From a virus (taxonomy: Duplodnaviria; Heunggongvirae; Uroviricota; Caudoviricetes), in IMG/VR virus record IMGVR_UViG_3300029851_000103: a DNA stretch of 6,950 nt; one strand, given 5' to 3'. Position 1 is the first letter of the stretch, and every line of letters begins with the position of its first letter. Shown piece by piece: positions 1 to 6,950 of the stretch. The translations under genes were made by a program, and so were the position numbers. The notes under the pieces are model-generated. The model did no database searches. It had not been told where the DNA came from and saw nothing but the letters and a program-made list of their open reading frames with translations.

Positions 1-224
1 CCGCCATAACGACCACTTTCCAGATCGTTCACTTCCACTTTGTTTTTCAGCTTATTATCAACTTCAGTTTTTGTGTATCTGGTGCTGATATCCTGCTTTG
101 CACTGGCCATATCAGTCTGAAGCGTTGATACTTTTCCGTTAATAGAGGAAATATCTTCCTTTGCTTTACTAACATCTCCCTTCAGCGTGGTGATGTCTCC
201 CGGAATTACTGTTGATGTAGCCAT
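1..224 (-). CDS. Hypothetical protein, N-terminal 74 codons only (runs off left edge). Begins MATSTVIPGDITTLKGDVSKAKEDISSINGKVSTLQTDMASAKQDIS...; predicted coiled-coil-like, possibly tail-fibre-associated.
   Basis: Hand translation of the minus strand from ATG at 222..224 is open to position 2 with no stop. A GAGG Shine-Dalgarno sits 7 nt upstream and overlaps the TGA stop of ORF93; only 9 nt separate the two genes. Not in the ORF track, presumably because it lacks a stop inside the window. Family not recognised. Confidence 0.45.
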   Translation of the reverse strand, partial: MATSTVIPGDITTLKGDVSKAKEDISSINGKVSTLQTDMASAKQDISTRYTKTEVDNKLKNKVEVNDLESGRYG

Positions 225-233
225 TTCTCTACC

Positions 234-515
234 TCACATCCAGCCACGAAGTTGATGCTCAACAGCAACCGCGTATTCATCGAATAATGACGATATTTGC
301 GTATCCTTAATAATGCGCACGTTTACAAAATATCCATCTTCCTTAACACATACCGGTTCGCCATCTTCAGTCAGCTCTCCGGTTTCTTTGTACACGTTAC
401 CTATCACATCAATCAGAATATCATCCTGCATCGACTCGTCATTATAATAGCCAATACTTCCCATAAAGGCCGAAAAGTCGGCCCTGTCGGCAAATTTGAG
501 TGTTAAATCTTTCAT
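234..515 (-). CDS. Small acidic hypothetical protein (93 aa), translationally coupled to the side tail fibre gene. Function unknown; candidate fibre-associated accessory protein or chaperone.
   Basis: ORF-track ORF 234..515. Its ATG (plus-strand cat 513..515) overlaps the stf stop (plus-strand tta 515..517) as TAATG on the coding strand. By my count 19 Asp+Glu versus 8 Lys+Arg (net about -11), one Cys. No resemblance to lambda Tfa that I can recognise. Confidence 0.55.
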   Translation of the reverse strand: MKDLTLKFADRADFSAFMGSIGYYNDESMQDDILIDVIGNVYKETGELTEDGEPVCVKEDGYFVNVRIIKDTQISSLFDEYAVAVEHQLRGWM

Positions 516-2917
516 TAGATTGACTCCCCCATCTGAGCATCAGTCAATGCCTTGTGCCAAATACGCAGATTTCGAACGTGTCCAAATAGGTGACGGTTGC
601 CGGATGATGATTGACCACCAATATTAATGAAGCCTCCTGTATATTTGTGTTTTTTATAAGGAGAAACTACCTTAGCACCAATATTACCGTTAACCACAAC
701 ACACAATTCTCGACTTTCTGTGAATCTAAAGCCGATAATGCTTTTTCTCTCTGGTCGTTCTATAACGCTTTTATATTCTATTTTAGTGCCTTTACCATTT
801 GTAATGATTGCGCGTGCTCCCAAAGATGTATACCCCAAATACATATAACTTTCATCTGCAATTTCAGTTGTATCTCCCGTAGTGGAAATATTAAGAATAC
901 GTGCGCTACCTTCTTTGTTTGGCGATTCATCCCAATTGGTATTAACTTCTGCTAATGAACTAATAGCGGGATTGCACCAATTTAGAGAAATGGGGACCGT
1001 TACAATATCGCTGGCGCGTGTTACAGGGGATGCGCCTGTTATAATAAACGATGAAGCGCATGCCCCACCTTCAACTTGAGGGGTCGCAATATAAATATAA
1101 TCATCCGCGCCAGTGCCCACTCCTTTTGCCGGGGCATACTGAACCATTCCACCTATCATATTTTCTGTATCAAGTGCCTTAATTGTCGCCTCAAAAAAGA
1201 TCCATTTGCTTGCTTCATCTTTAACAGCCCTTGCAGTAATGCGATTAGCGGCACCACCCGTCTTATCAATAGATAAATCTGTCGTATTTAAGTAAGCGTC
1301 ACCTAAGAATGTGTAGGTAGAACCATCATAGTTTTCAAATCGTAATCGGCATCTTAAATTTGGAGTGCCACTTTGCACCCTGCATGATATGGTTACATAC
1401 TTTTCTCCGCCTGTTACATCAAAACCTTTACTGCCGGAAACGGTTACTATGTTAATCGCTGAAATTTGCCCTACCATTTCTGGTTTTAATGTAAATTTTG
1501 CGTACTGGAATCCGAAATCATCTACACCTGATGCACTTAAGATCATATTTGACGACTTGTTCCATTTAGTCGGATTTGTTGAATTGATTAGCAGGTTAGT
1601 TCTTTGCCCCTCAATAAGCAGGCCATCACGTTCAAATCGTGGCTCGTCAATGGCAGCCTCTGTCAGCACACCAGATTTATTAATGTAAGTTGCTTTCGAT
1701 GCGCGTTTAAACTTTACAATCTTGTCGCCAGGCATTGTTATTTCATCGTCGCCAATAACAATTTTTTTATATGATGGCGAAAAGCCCGTAATCATATCCA
1801 GTGAATCATTAAACGGTATCCACACATCGGGCAACGGCTGCAAAACTTGTTTATACGGCTCCGCTGCCTGGCTTGCATACTCTCTGGCTGCGTCTTCACT
1901 TGCTTTAGCTGCTGTCTGGCTTGCTGCCGATGCTTGCGCCGAGTTCGCCGCCGCAGTCTCGCTCGCCTTTGCGTTGGTTTCACTGGTTTTTGCTGCTTTT
2001 TGACTGTTAGCTGATGCAGTGGCAGAAGCAGCCGCCGCGCTTGCAGAACTGGCTGCGGCACTCTCGCTTTGGGCCGCTGCATCCTGACTGCTTTTCGCCG
2101 CAGTTTCACTGGCTTTGGCATTCGTTTCGCTGGTCTTCGCTGCCGTCTGGCTGGACTTTGCGTTAGTTTCACTCGTCTTCGCAGCTTTCTGGCTGTTAGC
2201 CGCAGCAGTTGCTGATCCAGCTGCTGAAGTCGCAGAACCGGCTGCCGCGCTCTCGCTTTGGGCTGCTGCAACCTGGCTGTTTTTTGCCGCAGTTTCACTG
2301 GCTTTGGCATTCGTTTCGCTGGTTTTCGCTGCCGTCTGGCTGGACTTTGCGTTGGTTTCGCTCGTCTTTGCGGCTGTCTCGCTATTTTTCGCGTTGGTTT
2401 CTGATTTTTTGGCTGCTGTCGCGGAGTTTGCCGATGCAGTCTTTGAGGTCGCTGCCGCCTGTGCACTATTAGCTGCATTCGTTTCTGAGGTTTTCGCCGC
2501 GTTCTTCGATGATGCCGCTGCAGTTTCGGATTTCTTTGCCGCCGCTGCGCTCTGAGAGGCGGCTTCAGCGTTGCGTGCCGCTTCTTCCACCATTTCCTCA
2601 AAACGACGCAATGCCTCCGGCATGACATCATCTTCCGTCATGGCACCGAGAAAATCATTCAGCGTCCCCGGCTTAGAATCTTCATACACGGTGATGGTCC
2701 CGGCATGTGAAGGCGAAAAACCTTCAACCAGCAGGATAACGCTGTACTGGCCATACTCAACATCCATACTGTAACGCCCGGCTTCATCCGGATTTTCTGA
2801 GGCCAGCGTGTTCACTACCACCGTGGTGCTGTTACGTTTTGCTTTCAGCTGGATTGAGCAGTTCTGTACCGGTTTTCCTGTGCCGTCTTTCAGTACACCT
2901 GAAATCTTTACTGCCAT
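515..2917 (-). CDS. stf: Side tail fibre protein (lambda Stf-like N-terminus; Ala/Ser/Thr/Lys-rich repeat shaft; C-terminal LamG/ConA-like lectin-type receptor-binding domain).
   Basis: 800-aa ORF. N-terminus MAVKISGVLKDGTGKPVQNC...GRYSMDVEYGQYSVIL...HAGTITVYED matches the lambda side-tail-fibre N-terminal domain as I recall it. Residues ~110-330 are repetitive (KTSETNAKSSQTAAKTSETNAKASETAAK...). C-terminus ...HLFGHVRNLRIWHKALTDAQMGESI resembles the terminal strand signature of LamG-like jelly-roll domains. A G-rich SD (GGGGGG) lies just upstream of the ATG. Confidence 0.88.
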   Translation of the reverse strand: MAVKISGVLKDGTGKPVQNCSIQLKAKRNSTTVVVNTLASENPDEAGRYSMDVEYGQYSVILLVEGFSPSHAGTITVYEDSKPGTLNDFLGAMTEDDVMPEALRRFEEMVEEAARNAEAASQSAAAAKKSETAAASSKNAAKTSETNAANSAQAAATSKTASANSATAAKKSETNAKNSETAAKTSETNAKSSQTAAKTSETNAKASETAAKNSQVAAAQSESAAAGSATSAAGSATAAANSQKAAKTSETNAKSSQTAAKTSETNAKASETAAKSSQDAAAQSESAAASSASAAAASATASANSQKAAKTSETNAKASETAAANSAQASAASQTAAKASEDAAREYASQAAEPYKQVLQPLPDVWIPFNDSLDMITGFSPSYKKIVIGDDEITMPGDKIVKFKRASKATYINKSGVLTEAAIDEPRFERDGLLIEGQRTNLLINSTNPTKWNKSSNMILSASGVDDFGFQYAKFTLKPEMVGQISAINIVTVSGSKGFDVTGGEKYVTISCRVQSGTPNLRCRLRFENYDGSTYTFLGDAYLNTTDLSIDKTGGAANRITARAVKDEASKWIFFEATIKALDTENMIGGMVQYAPAKGVGTGADDYIYIATPQVEGGACASSFIITGASPVTRASDIVTVPISLNWCNPAISSLAEVNTNWDESPNKEGSARILNISTTGDTTEIADESYMYLGYTSLGARAIITNGKGTKIEYKSVIERPERKSIIGFRFTESRELCVVVNGNIGAKVVSPYKKHKYTGGFINIGGQSSSGNRHLFGHVRNLRIWHKALTDAQMGESI
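1912..2478 (-). repeat. Intragenic tandem repeat, unit 189 bp (63 codons), about 3 copies: two near-identical over their first ~80-100 bp plus a more degenerate upstream copy. Encodes the Ala/Ser/Thr/Lys-rich shaft of Stf.
   Basis: The plus-strand string cagtttcactggctttggcattcgtttcgctgg occurs at 2101 and again at 2290 (offset 189). The protein shows two 63-aa units each starting KTSETNAKSSQTAAKTSETNAKASETAAK. and ending ANSQKAA. Region 1912..2100 aligns more loosely. Confidence 0.8.
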
Positions 2918-2928
2918 ATTCCCCCCAC

Positions 2929-2955
2929 AAAAAAGCCCACCTGAACCGGCGGGCT
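2929..2955 (-). terminator. Putative intrinsic (rho-independent) terminator downstream of lom, immediately upstream of the stf start.
   Basis: Minus-strand transcript: 8-bp stem (AGCCCGCC / GGUGGGCU, including one G-U wobble that exists only on the minus-strand RNA), 6-nt loop GGUUCA, then a run of 6 U (plus-strand A-run 2929..2934). Lies 26 nt after the lom stop. Confidence 0.45.
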
Positions 2956-2981
2956 GTCATAACACTGTGTTACCTGGCTAA

Positions 2982-3581
2982 TCAGAATTTATAACCGACA
3001 CCCACGATGAAACCGTCAGTGCGCCAGTCACCACTGCCAGAACCTTCATAAGCAATATCAATGGCCACGGATTCGGTCGGGTTAAACTGCACGCCAGCCC
3101 CCCACGCCAGAGACGTGTTGCTGTGGCGACCGTCATCACTTCCGGTCAGCACATCGTGCGTTTTCCCCTTGTTGTCAGTTACGCGAAGGTAATCCCCGGA
3201 AAAAGTCGAAACACGGCTGTAAGCCATACCCGCCATCGCATACGCGCTGAACCATTCATTCACGCGCACAGACGGCCCCGCCATCACGCTGAACCAGCGG
3301 TTACGCACGGAATCTTCATGCCAGCTGGTATCGCTGTAACGGGTCAGCTGGCGATTCTTGTCTCCTGCATAGCTGAATGACGTCACCAGCCCCAGCGTAT
3401 CCGTAAACTCATAACGGTATTTCACGTTAATCCCGTTCAGATCATCACTGCCGGGAACGTTGGTCCGGGCATGAAGATACCCCGCGCTCAGCGTGGACTG
3501 ATGTTCAGATGCCCATGCAGGCGCACCGGATACGGCCAGACAAATGGCTGCGGACAAAATGGCGGCATAAAGTTTACGCAT
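2982..3581 (-). CDS. lom: Lom outer-membrane protein (Ail/Lom/OmpX/PagC family beta-barrel), lambda lom homologue.
   Basis: 199-aa ORF. N-terminal signal peptide MRKLYAAILSAAICLAVSGAPAWA followed by SEHQ. Ends in ...GFIVGVGYKF with terminal aromatic residue typical of outer-membrane beta-barrels. Sequence closely matches lambda Lom as I recall it. GAGAGG SD 5 nt upstream of ATG. Position directly after J matches lambda gene order. Confidence 0.92.
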   Translation of the reverse strand: MRKLYAAILSAAICLAVSGAPAWASEHQSTLSAGYLHARTNVPGSDDLNGINVKYRYEFTDTLGLVTSFSYAGDKNRQLTRYSDTSWHEDSVRNRWFSVMAGPSVRVNEWFSAYAMAGMAYSRVSTFSGDYLRVTDNKGKTHDVLTGSDDGRHSNTSLAWGAGVQFNPTESVAIDIAYEGSGSGDWRTDGFIVGVGYKF

Positions 3582-3602
3582 AATTACCTCTCGCTTTTCT
3601 GC

Positions 3603-3631
3603 AATAAAAAAGGCACCATTTCTGGTGCCCT
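3603..3631 (-). terminator. Intrinsic terminator between J and lom.
   Basis: Minus-strand transcript: perfect 7-bp stem GGCACCA/UGGUGCC (plus strand 3612..3618 and 3623..3629), extendable by a G-U pair, GAAA tetraloop, followed by UUUUUU. Begins about 20 nt after the J stop codon. Confidence 0.55.
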
Positions 3632-3650
3632 TATATGGGTTATAACAATT

Positions 3651-6600
3651 TCAACGAATACTGATGCCGGAAGCGGCTTTTTTGGTCACAATCACCGTAC
3701 AGTCGGTGATATTACCTGCCCACTGATTGCCTTTATGGAAAACCTTAAACTCCAGAGTGACGCTTCCCCTGCCACTCGGCATATCAATAACCGCACTGTA
3801 GCTACCGGGAATGGCCCCTTTAGTTTCTCTGGATGCGATTAATACACCGTTTTTGCGAACTTCAAAACCATAACCCGTGTATCTTGTACCTCCCGGGTTA
3901 TTACCACTTCCCGGATCGCTATACGCTATTCCGTTAAAGATAATGGGCGGAATAATGATTTGACGGTCAAAGTTATGATCATCGCTGATGGTGACTGTAA
4001 CCGTCCCGTTTGGTGTTTCCGTGTTACCCCACGTACCAGCCTGTTTCGGGAATGATTTGGATACAGCTTTAACGAAGTCACCTCTGACCTGAGTCGCCTC
4101 CAGCATGCCCTTAATCGTACAGTTTTCATTTACCGTGACATTGTTGAGCGTCCCGGCGTTCGCATTCACTCTGCCACTGATATCCGCATTTTTAGCGGTC
4201 AGCTTTCCGTCTGATGTCAGGGAAAATGCCGGTGGATTTCCACCACTGGTAATGGTCGGGGCCGTCAGGCGCTTCAGGAACACGTCGTTCATAAATATCT
4301 GATTGCCCTGCGCCACAAACATCGGCGTTTCATTCCCGTTTGCCGGGTCAATAAACGCGATACGGTTAGCGGCAACCAGAAACTGGCTCAGCTTGCCTTC
4401 TTCCGTGTCCTCCATGCTGAGGCCAATACCCGCGACATAATGTTTGCCGTCTTTGGTCTGCTCAATTTTGACGCCCCACATGGCATTCCACTTATCGTTA
4501 GCGTCCTGCCACTCTTTCGAAAACTCCTCCAGTCTGCTGGCGTTATCCTCCGTCAGCTCGACTTTTTCCAGCAGCTCCTTGCCGAGATGGGATTCGGTTA
4601 TCTGGCCTTTGAAAAAATCCAGGTAACCTTCCGCATCATCGCTCGCCTGACCGACAGCCTCCACGAATGCCGATTTGCCAACGGTGTTCACACTGCGGAT
4701 ATAAAAGTAATAATCATGGCCCGGTTTGATATTGATACTGGCGGCTATCCAGTACAGCGCCGTACCAAGATAGCGGGCTGTGGTTTCAACCTGCCTGATA
4801 TCGGTAATCCGCTTTTCCGAGAACCAGAACTCAAACTGTACCGTCGGGTCATAAACGGCAAGATGCGGCGTGGCGGTTATCTGAAAATAGCCCGGCGTCA
4901 GCTCAATCCTCGACGGTGCTGCCGGTGCGGCAATCCGGAACGATACCGACGCCGGATCGCCCTGCTGCCCCCACGCATTTACCGCCCGGACTGTCAGTCT
5001 GTAGTTCCCCAGCGCCAGTTGCGTGAAGCGGTATGTGGTTTCCGTCGTCCGGGCCGTGCTGACCAGCCGCTCACTGCCGTCATCCGCTGTTACGGTCAGA
5101 CGGAGCAGGAAGCTCACGCCCTTCACCACCTTCGGCGTGTCCCAGCGCGCCAGCACCTGATATTCCCCGCTGTCTGCGGTGACTTCGGCGGTCAGGTGCT
5201 GCACCGCTGGCGGCGTGACACCATTCACCGTGCCGCTCTGGTCGCCGTCAAAGTGCGCCCCGTTATCCACGATGGCTTCTTTTTCCGGTACATGCTGCAC
5301 GGCAGTGATGGCATACGTGCCGTCATCGTTCTCACGGATACTCACACAGCGGAACAGGCGCTGACGCAACGTCGGCAACTTCAGCCCCCACACACTGTAT
5401 TCTGCAACGCCGTCAGGAACCCGGTTCACTTTCACCTTAAGTCCGTCGGTGACGGACTGAACCTCCACGCTGACCGGATTACCACTTCCGTCAACCAGGC
5501 TTATCAGCGTGGTACCGGAGGATGGCAGCGTGATTTCACGGTCGAGCGTCAGCGTCCGGGTCTGGCTGTTCACCGCCAGCACGCGACCACCGGTGCTGAT
5601 ACCGGCATAGTCATCATCGCAGATTTCAATGACATCGCCCGGTACATGGCGAAGCCCTTCAGCACCCACGCTGAAATCCACGGTCTGCGTCTCCAGCAGT
5701 TCAGTTTTAATCAGCCACAGCCCGGCGCGGTGTGCCTGCCCCCGGCTGGTACAGCCAAAGGCATCCATCTTCGTGACATTACGACCGTAACGGACAATGG
5801 CCTGCGTATCTTCAACAAGCTCTGTCGCCGTCTCCCAGCCGTTGTTCGGGTCAATCCAGTTCACCTCAACGGCATTATGGCGGTCCTTCAGGGCGCTGAA
5901 GCTGTAGCGGAACGGCGCGCCATCATCCGGCATCACCACATTACTGCGGTTATAGGTCCACACCTTATCTGATGGTCGGTCCTGCACGAACGTCAGCGTC
6001 TGCCCGTTCCATACCGGCATACAGCGCATCGCCGAGCAGAAATCACTGAGCACATCCCACGCCTTACGCTGCGTGGTCAGCCAGGCATTACAGGTGATGC
6101 GCGGCTCCGTGCCGCCAAAACCGTCCGGCACTGACTGGTCGCAGTACTGGCCGATGACATACAGCGCCCATTTATCCACATCCGCCGCACCAAGACGTTT
6201 CCCCATGCCGTAGCGCGGGTGGGTCAGCATATCCCACAGACACCAGGCCGGGTTGTTGCTGTATGCCGGCTTAAACGTTCCGTCCCAGATACCGCTGTAT
6301 TGCCGCGTCTGCGGGTTATAGTTCGACGGCACCTGCAGAATGCGCCCGCGAAGATGATAATTACGGCTCACCTGCTGGCTGCCGAACTGCTCCGAGTCCA
6401 CCTGCACGCCGACCAGTGCCGTGTTCGGGTAGCACTGTTTCACATCGATGATTTCGGTGTATGACGACCAGAGCGTTTTGTTCTGCAGCTGGTCTGTGGT
6501 GCTGTCCGGCGTCATCCTGCGCATCCGGATATTAAACGGGCGCGGCGGCAGGTTACCCACCACCACCGAGGCCAGATACTGCGAGGTGGTTTTGCCCTTA

Positions 6601-6869
6601 ATGGTGATGTCTTTTTCCGTCACCCAGCCACCGTTACGTTGTATCTGAACCAGCAGACGGACTTCCGACGGATTCCTGTCACCCTTTGAGGTGGTTTCCA
6701 CCAGTGCCTGTACACCGAAGGTAAAGCGCAGACGGTCGATGTTTGCAGACGTAATGGTGCGGGTGATCGGCGTGTCATATTTCACTTCCGTACCCAGCAC
6801 CGTCTCGGAGCCGGAGGATTCAAACCCCTCCGGCGGTGTCTGCTCCTGCTCACCGGCACGGAACACCAC
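3651..6869 (-). CDS. J: Host specificity protein J (central tail fibre / tip attachment protein), 5'-truncated. J homology continues to 6875, where it abuts the IS629-like end; the first ~65 codons are not in this window. The C-terminal ~150 aa diverge from lambda J.
   Basis: 1072-aa ORF-track ORF. Translation ...[49 protein letters not shown]... onward matches lambda J from about residue 66 with only scattered substitutions over ~1000 aa. The apparent start at 6867..6869 is an internal GTG (Val in lambda J), not a native start. J-like codons (gtc acg) run to 6870..6875 and are directly followed by the IS terminal sequence. Confidence 0.9.
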   Translation of the reverse strand: MVFRAGEQEQTPPEGFESSGSETVLGTEVKYDTPITRTITSANIDRLRFTFGVQALVETTSKGDRNPSEVRLLVQIQRNGGWVTEKDITIKGKTTSQYLASVVVGNLPPRPFNIRMRRMTPDSTTDQLQNKTLWSSYTEIIDVKQCYPNTALVGVQVDSEQFGSQQVSRNYHLRGRILQVPSNYNPQTRQYSGIWDGTFKPAYSNNPAWCLWDMLTHPRYGMGKRLGAADVDKWALYVIGQYCDQSVPDGFGGTEPRITCNAWLTTQRKAWDVLSDFCSAMRCMPVWNGQTLTFVQDRPSDKVWTYNRSNVVMPDDGAPFRYSFSALKDRHNAVEVNWIDPNNGWETATELVEDTQAIVRYGRNVTKMDAFGCTSRGQAHRAGLWLIKTELLETQTVDFSVGAEGLRHVPGDVIEICDDDYAGISTGGRVLAVNSQTRTLTLDREITLPSSGTTLISLVDGSGNPVSVEVQSVTDGLKVKVNRVPDGVAEYSVWGLKLPTLRQRLFRCVSIRENDDGTYAITAVQHVPEKEAIVDNGAHFDGDQSGTVNGVTPPAVQHLTAEVTADSGEYQVLARWDTPKVVKGVSFLLRLTVTADDGSERLVSTARTTETTYRFTQLALGNYRLTVRAVNAWGQQGDPASVSFRIAAPAAPSRIELTPGYFQITATPHLAVYDPTVQFEFWFSEKRITDIRQVETTARYLGTALYWIAASINIKPGHDYYFYIRSVNTVGKSAFVEAVGQASDDAEGYLDFFKGQITESHLGKELLEKVELTEDNASRLEEFSKEWQDANDKWNAMWGVKIEQTKDGKHYVAGIGLSMEDTEEGKLSQFLVAANRIAFIDPANGNETPMFVAQGNQIFMNDVFLKRLTAPTITSGGNPPAFSLTSDGKLTAKNADISGRVNANAGTLNNVTVNENCTIKGMLEATQVRGDFVKAVSKSFPKQAGTWGNTETPNGTVTVTISDDHNFDRQIIIPPIIFNGIAYSDPGSGNNPGGTRYTGYGFEVRKNGVLIASRETKGAIPGSYSAVIDMPSGRGSVTLEFKVFHKGNQWAGNITDCTVIVTKKAASGISIR

Positions 6870-6875
6870 CGTGAC

Positions 6876-6950
6876 TGAACCGCCCCGGGAATCCTGGAGA
6901 CTAAACTTCCTGAGAAAGAGGTAAACAGGATGACTAAAAATACTCGTTTT
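6876..6950 (+). mobile_element. IS3-family insertion sequence, IS629-like (IS629/IS1203/IS3411 group): left terminal inverted repeat and 5' end. The element continues beyond the window.
   Basis: Sequence TGAACCGCCCCGGGAATCCTGGAGACTAAACTTCCTGAGAAAGAGGTAAACAGG ATG ACT AAA AAT ACT CGT TTT. It starts with the TG dinucleotide typical of IS3-family ends, has an AAGAGG SD before an ATG at 6930, and the encoded N-terminus MTKNTRF matches my recollection of IS629 OrfA. J homology stops abruptly at 6875. Confidence 0.72.
6930..6950 (+). CDS. IS629-like transposase OrfA, first 7 codons only (MTKNTRF...).
   Basis: ATG at 6930..6932 preceded by AAGAGG SD with ~7 nt spacing, located ~55 nt inside the IS terminal repeat as in IS3-family elements. 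Confidence 0.6.

Noticed and set aside
234-515. ORF93 as a lambda Tfa (tail fibre assembly) homologue
   Set aside because: Size (93 versus ~194 aa) and sequence do not resemble lambda Tfa as I recall it, so I left it as hypothetical rather than naming it tfa.
1912-2478. Possible CRISPR-like array, suggested by the regular repeats
   Set aside because: The unit is 189 bp with no unique spacers, and it is in-frame protein-coding sequence within stf. It is not a CRISPR array.
1792-2631. 279-aa Arg/Gln/Lys-rich minus-strand ORF, with plus-strand ORFs 2115..2555, 1722..2003 and 2209..2472
   Set aside because: Alternative-frame and antisense artefacts of the repetitive Ala/Ser/Thr-coding region of stf. 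Their periodicity mirrors the 189-bp repeat, and the stf frame is the one with lambda Stf homology.
3123-3842. + strand ORFs 3123..3380 and 3471..3842
   Set aside because: Antisense to lom and to the J 3' end, and they span the two terminator hairpins. No independent support.
4440-5972. 510-aa ORF on the + strand
   Set aside because: Lies entirely antisense to the strongly lambda-J-like minus-strand gene. Arg/Pro/Gly/His-rich low-complexity translation is typical of a spurious antisense frame in GC-rich coding DNA. No RBS context was evaluated as convincing.
6691-6924. 77-aa + strand ORF
   Set aside because: Antisense to J and runs across the J/IS junction into the IS terminal repeat. A real gene spanning an insertion junction in this way is implausible.
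6830-6950. Apparent one-base frame inconsistency when hand-indexing the printed sequence near 6840
   Set aside because: My manual character count near the right edge disagreed by one base with the ORF track. I treated this as an indexing or reading error on my side, not a frameshift, and anchored all right-edge coordinates to the ORF-track frame (GTG at 6867..6869, IS end starting 6876, orfA ATG at 6930).

Overview
This window is the distal end of a lambda-like prophage late (tail) operon, all encoded on the minus strand, with an IS3-family element inserted at the right edge. From right to left: (i) the left inverted repeat and first codons of orfA of an IS629-like element (6876..6950, + strand), inserted into (ii) the host-specificity/central tail fibre gene J (3651..6875, - strand), whose first ~65 codons must lie beyond the IS; (iii) a hairpin-plus-U-tract terminator; (iv) lom, an Ail/Lom/OmpX-family outer-membrane protein with a clear signal peptide; (v) a second terminator-like hairpin; (vi) an 800-aa side tail fibre (Stf-like) gene with a lambda-Stf-like N-terminus, an Ala/Ser/Thr/Lys-rich region built from 189-bp tandem repeats, and an AT-rich C-terminal half ending in a LamG/ConA-like lectin motif; (vii) a 93-aa strongly acidic ORF whose ATG overlaps the stf stop; (viii) the start of a further coiled-coil-like ORF running off the left edge. 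No tRNA, rRNA or CRISPR was seen. The most interesting part is the AT-rich three-gene module at the left (stf C-terminal half, acidic ORF93, partial ORF), which has no lambda Tfa counterpart and which I cannot assign to a known family from sequence alone. All identifications are from reading the sequence and recalled protein families; no database search was run.
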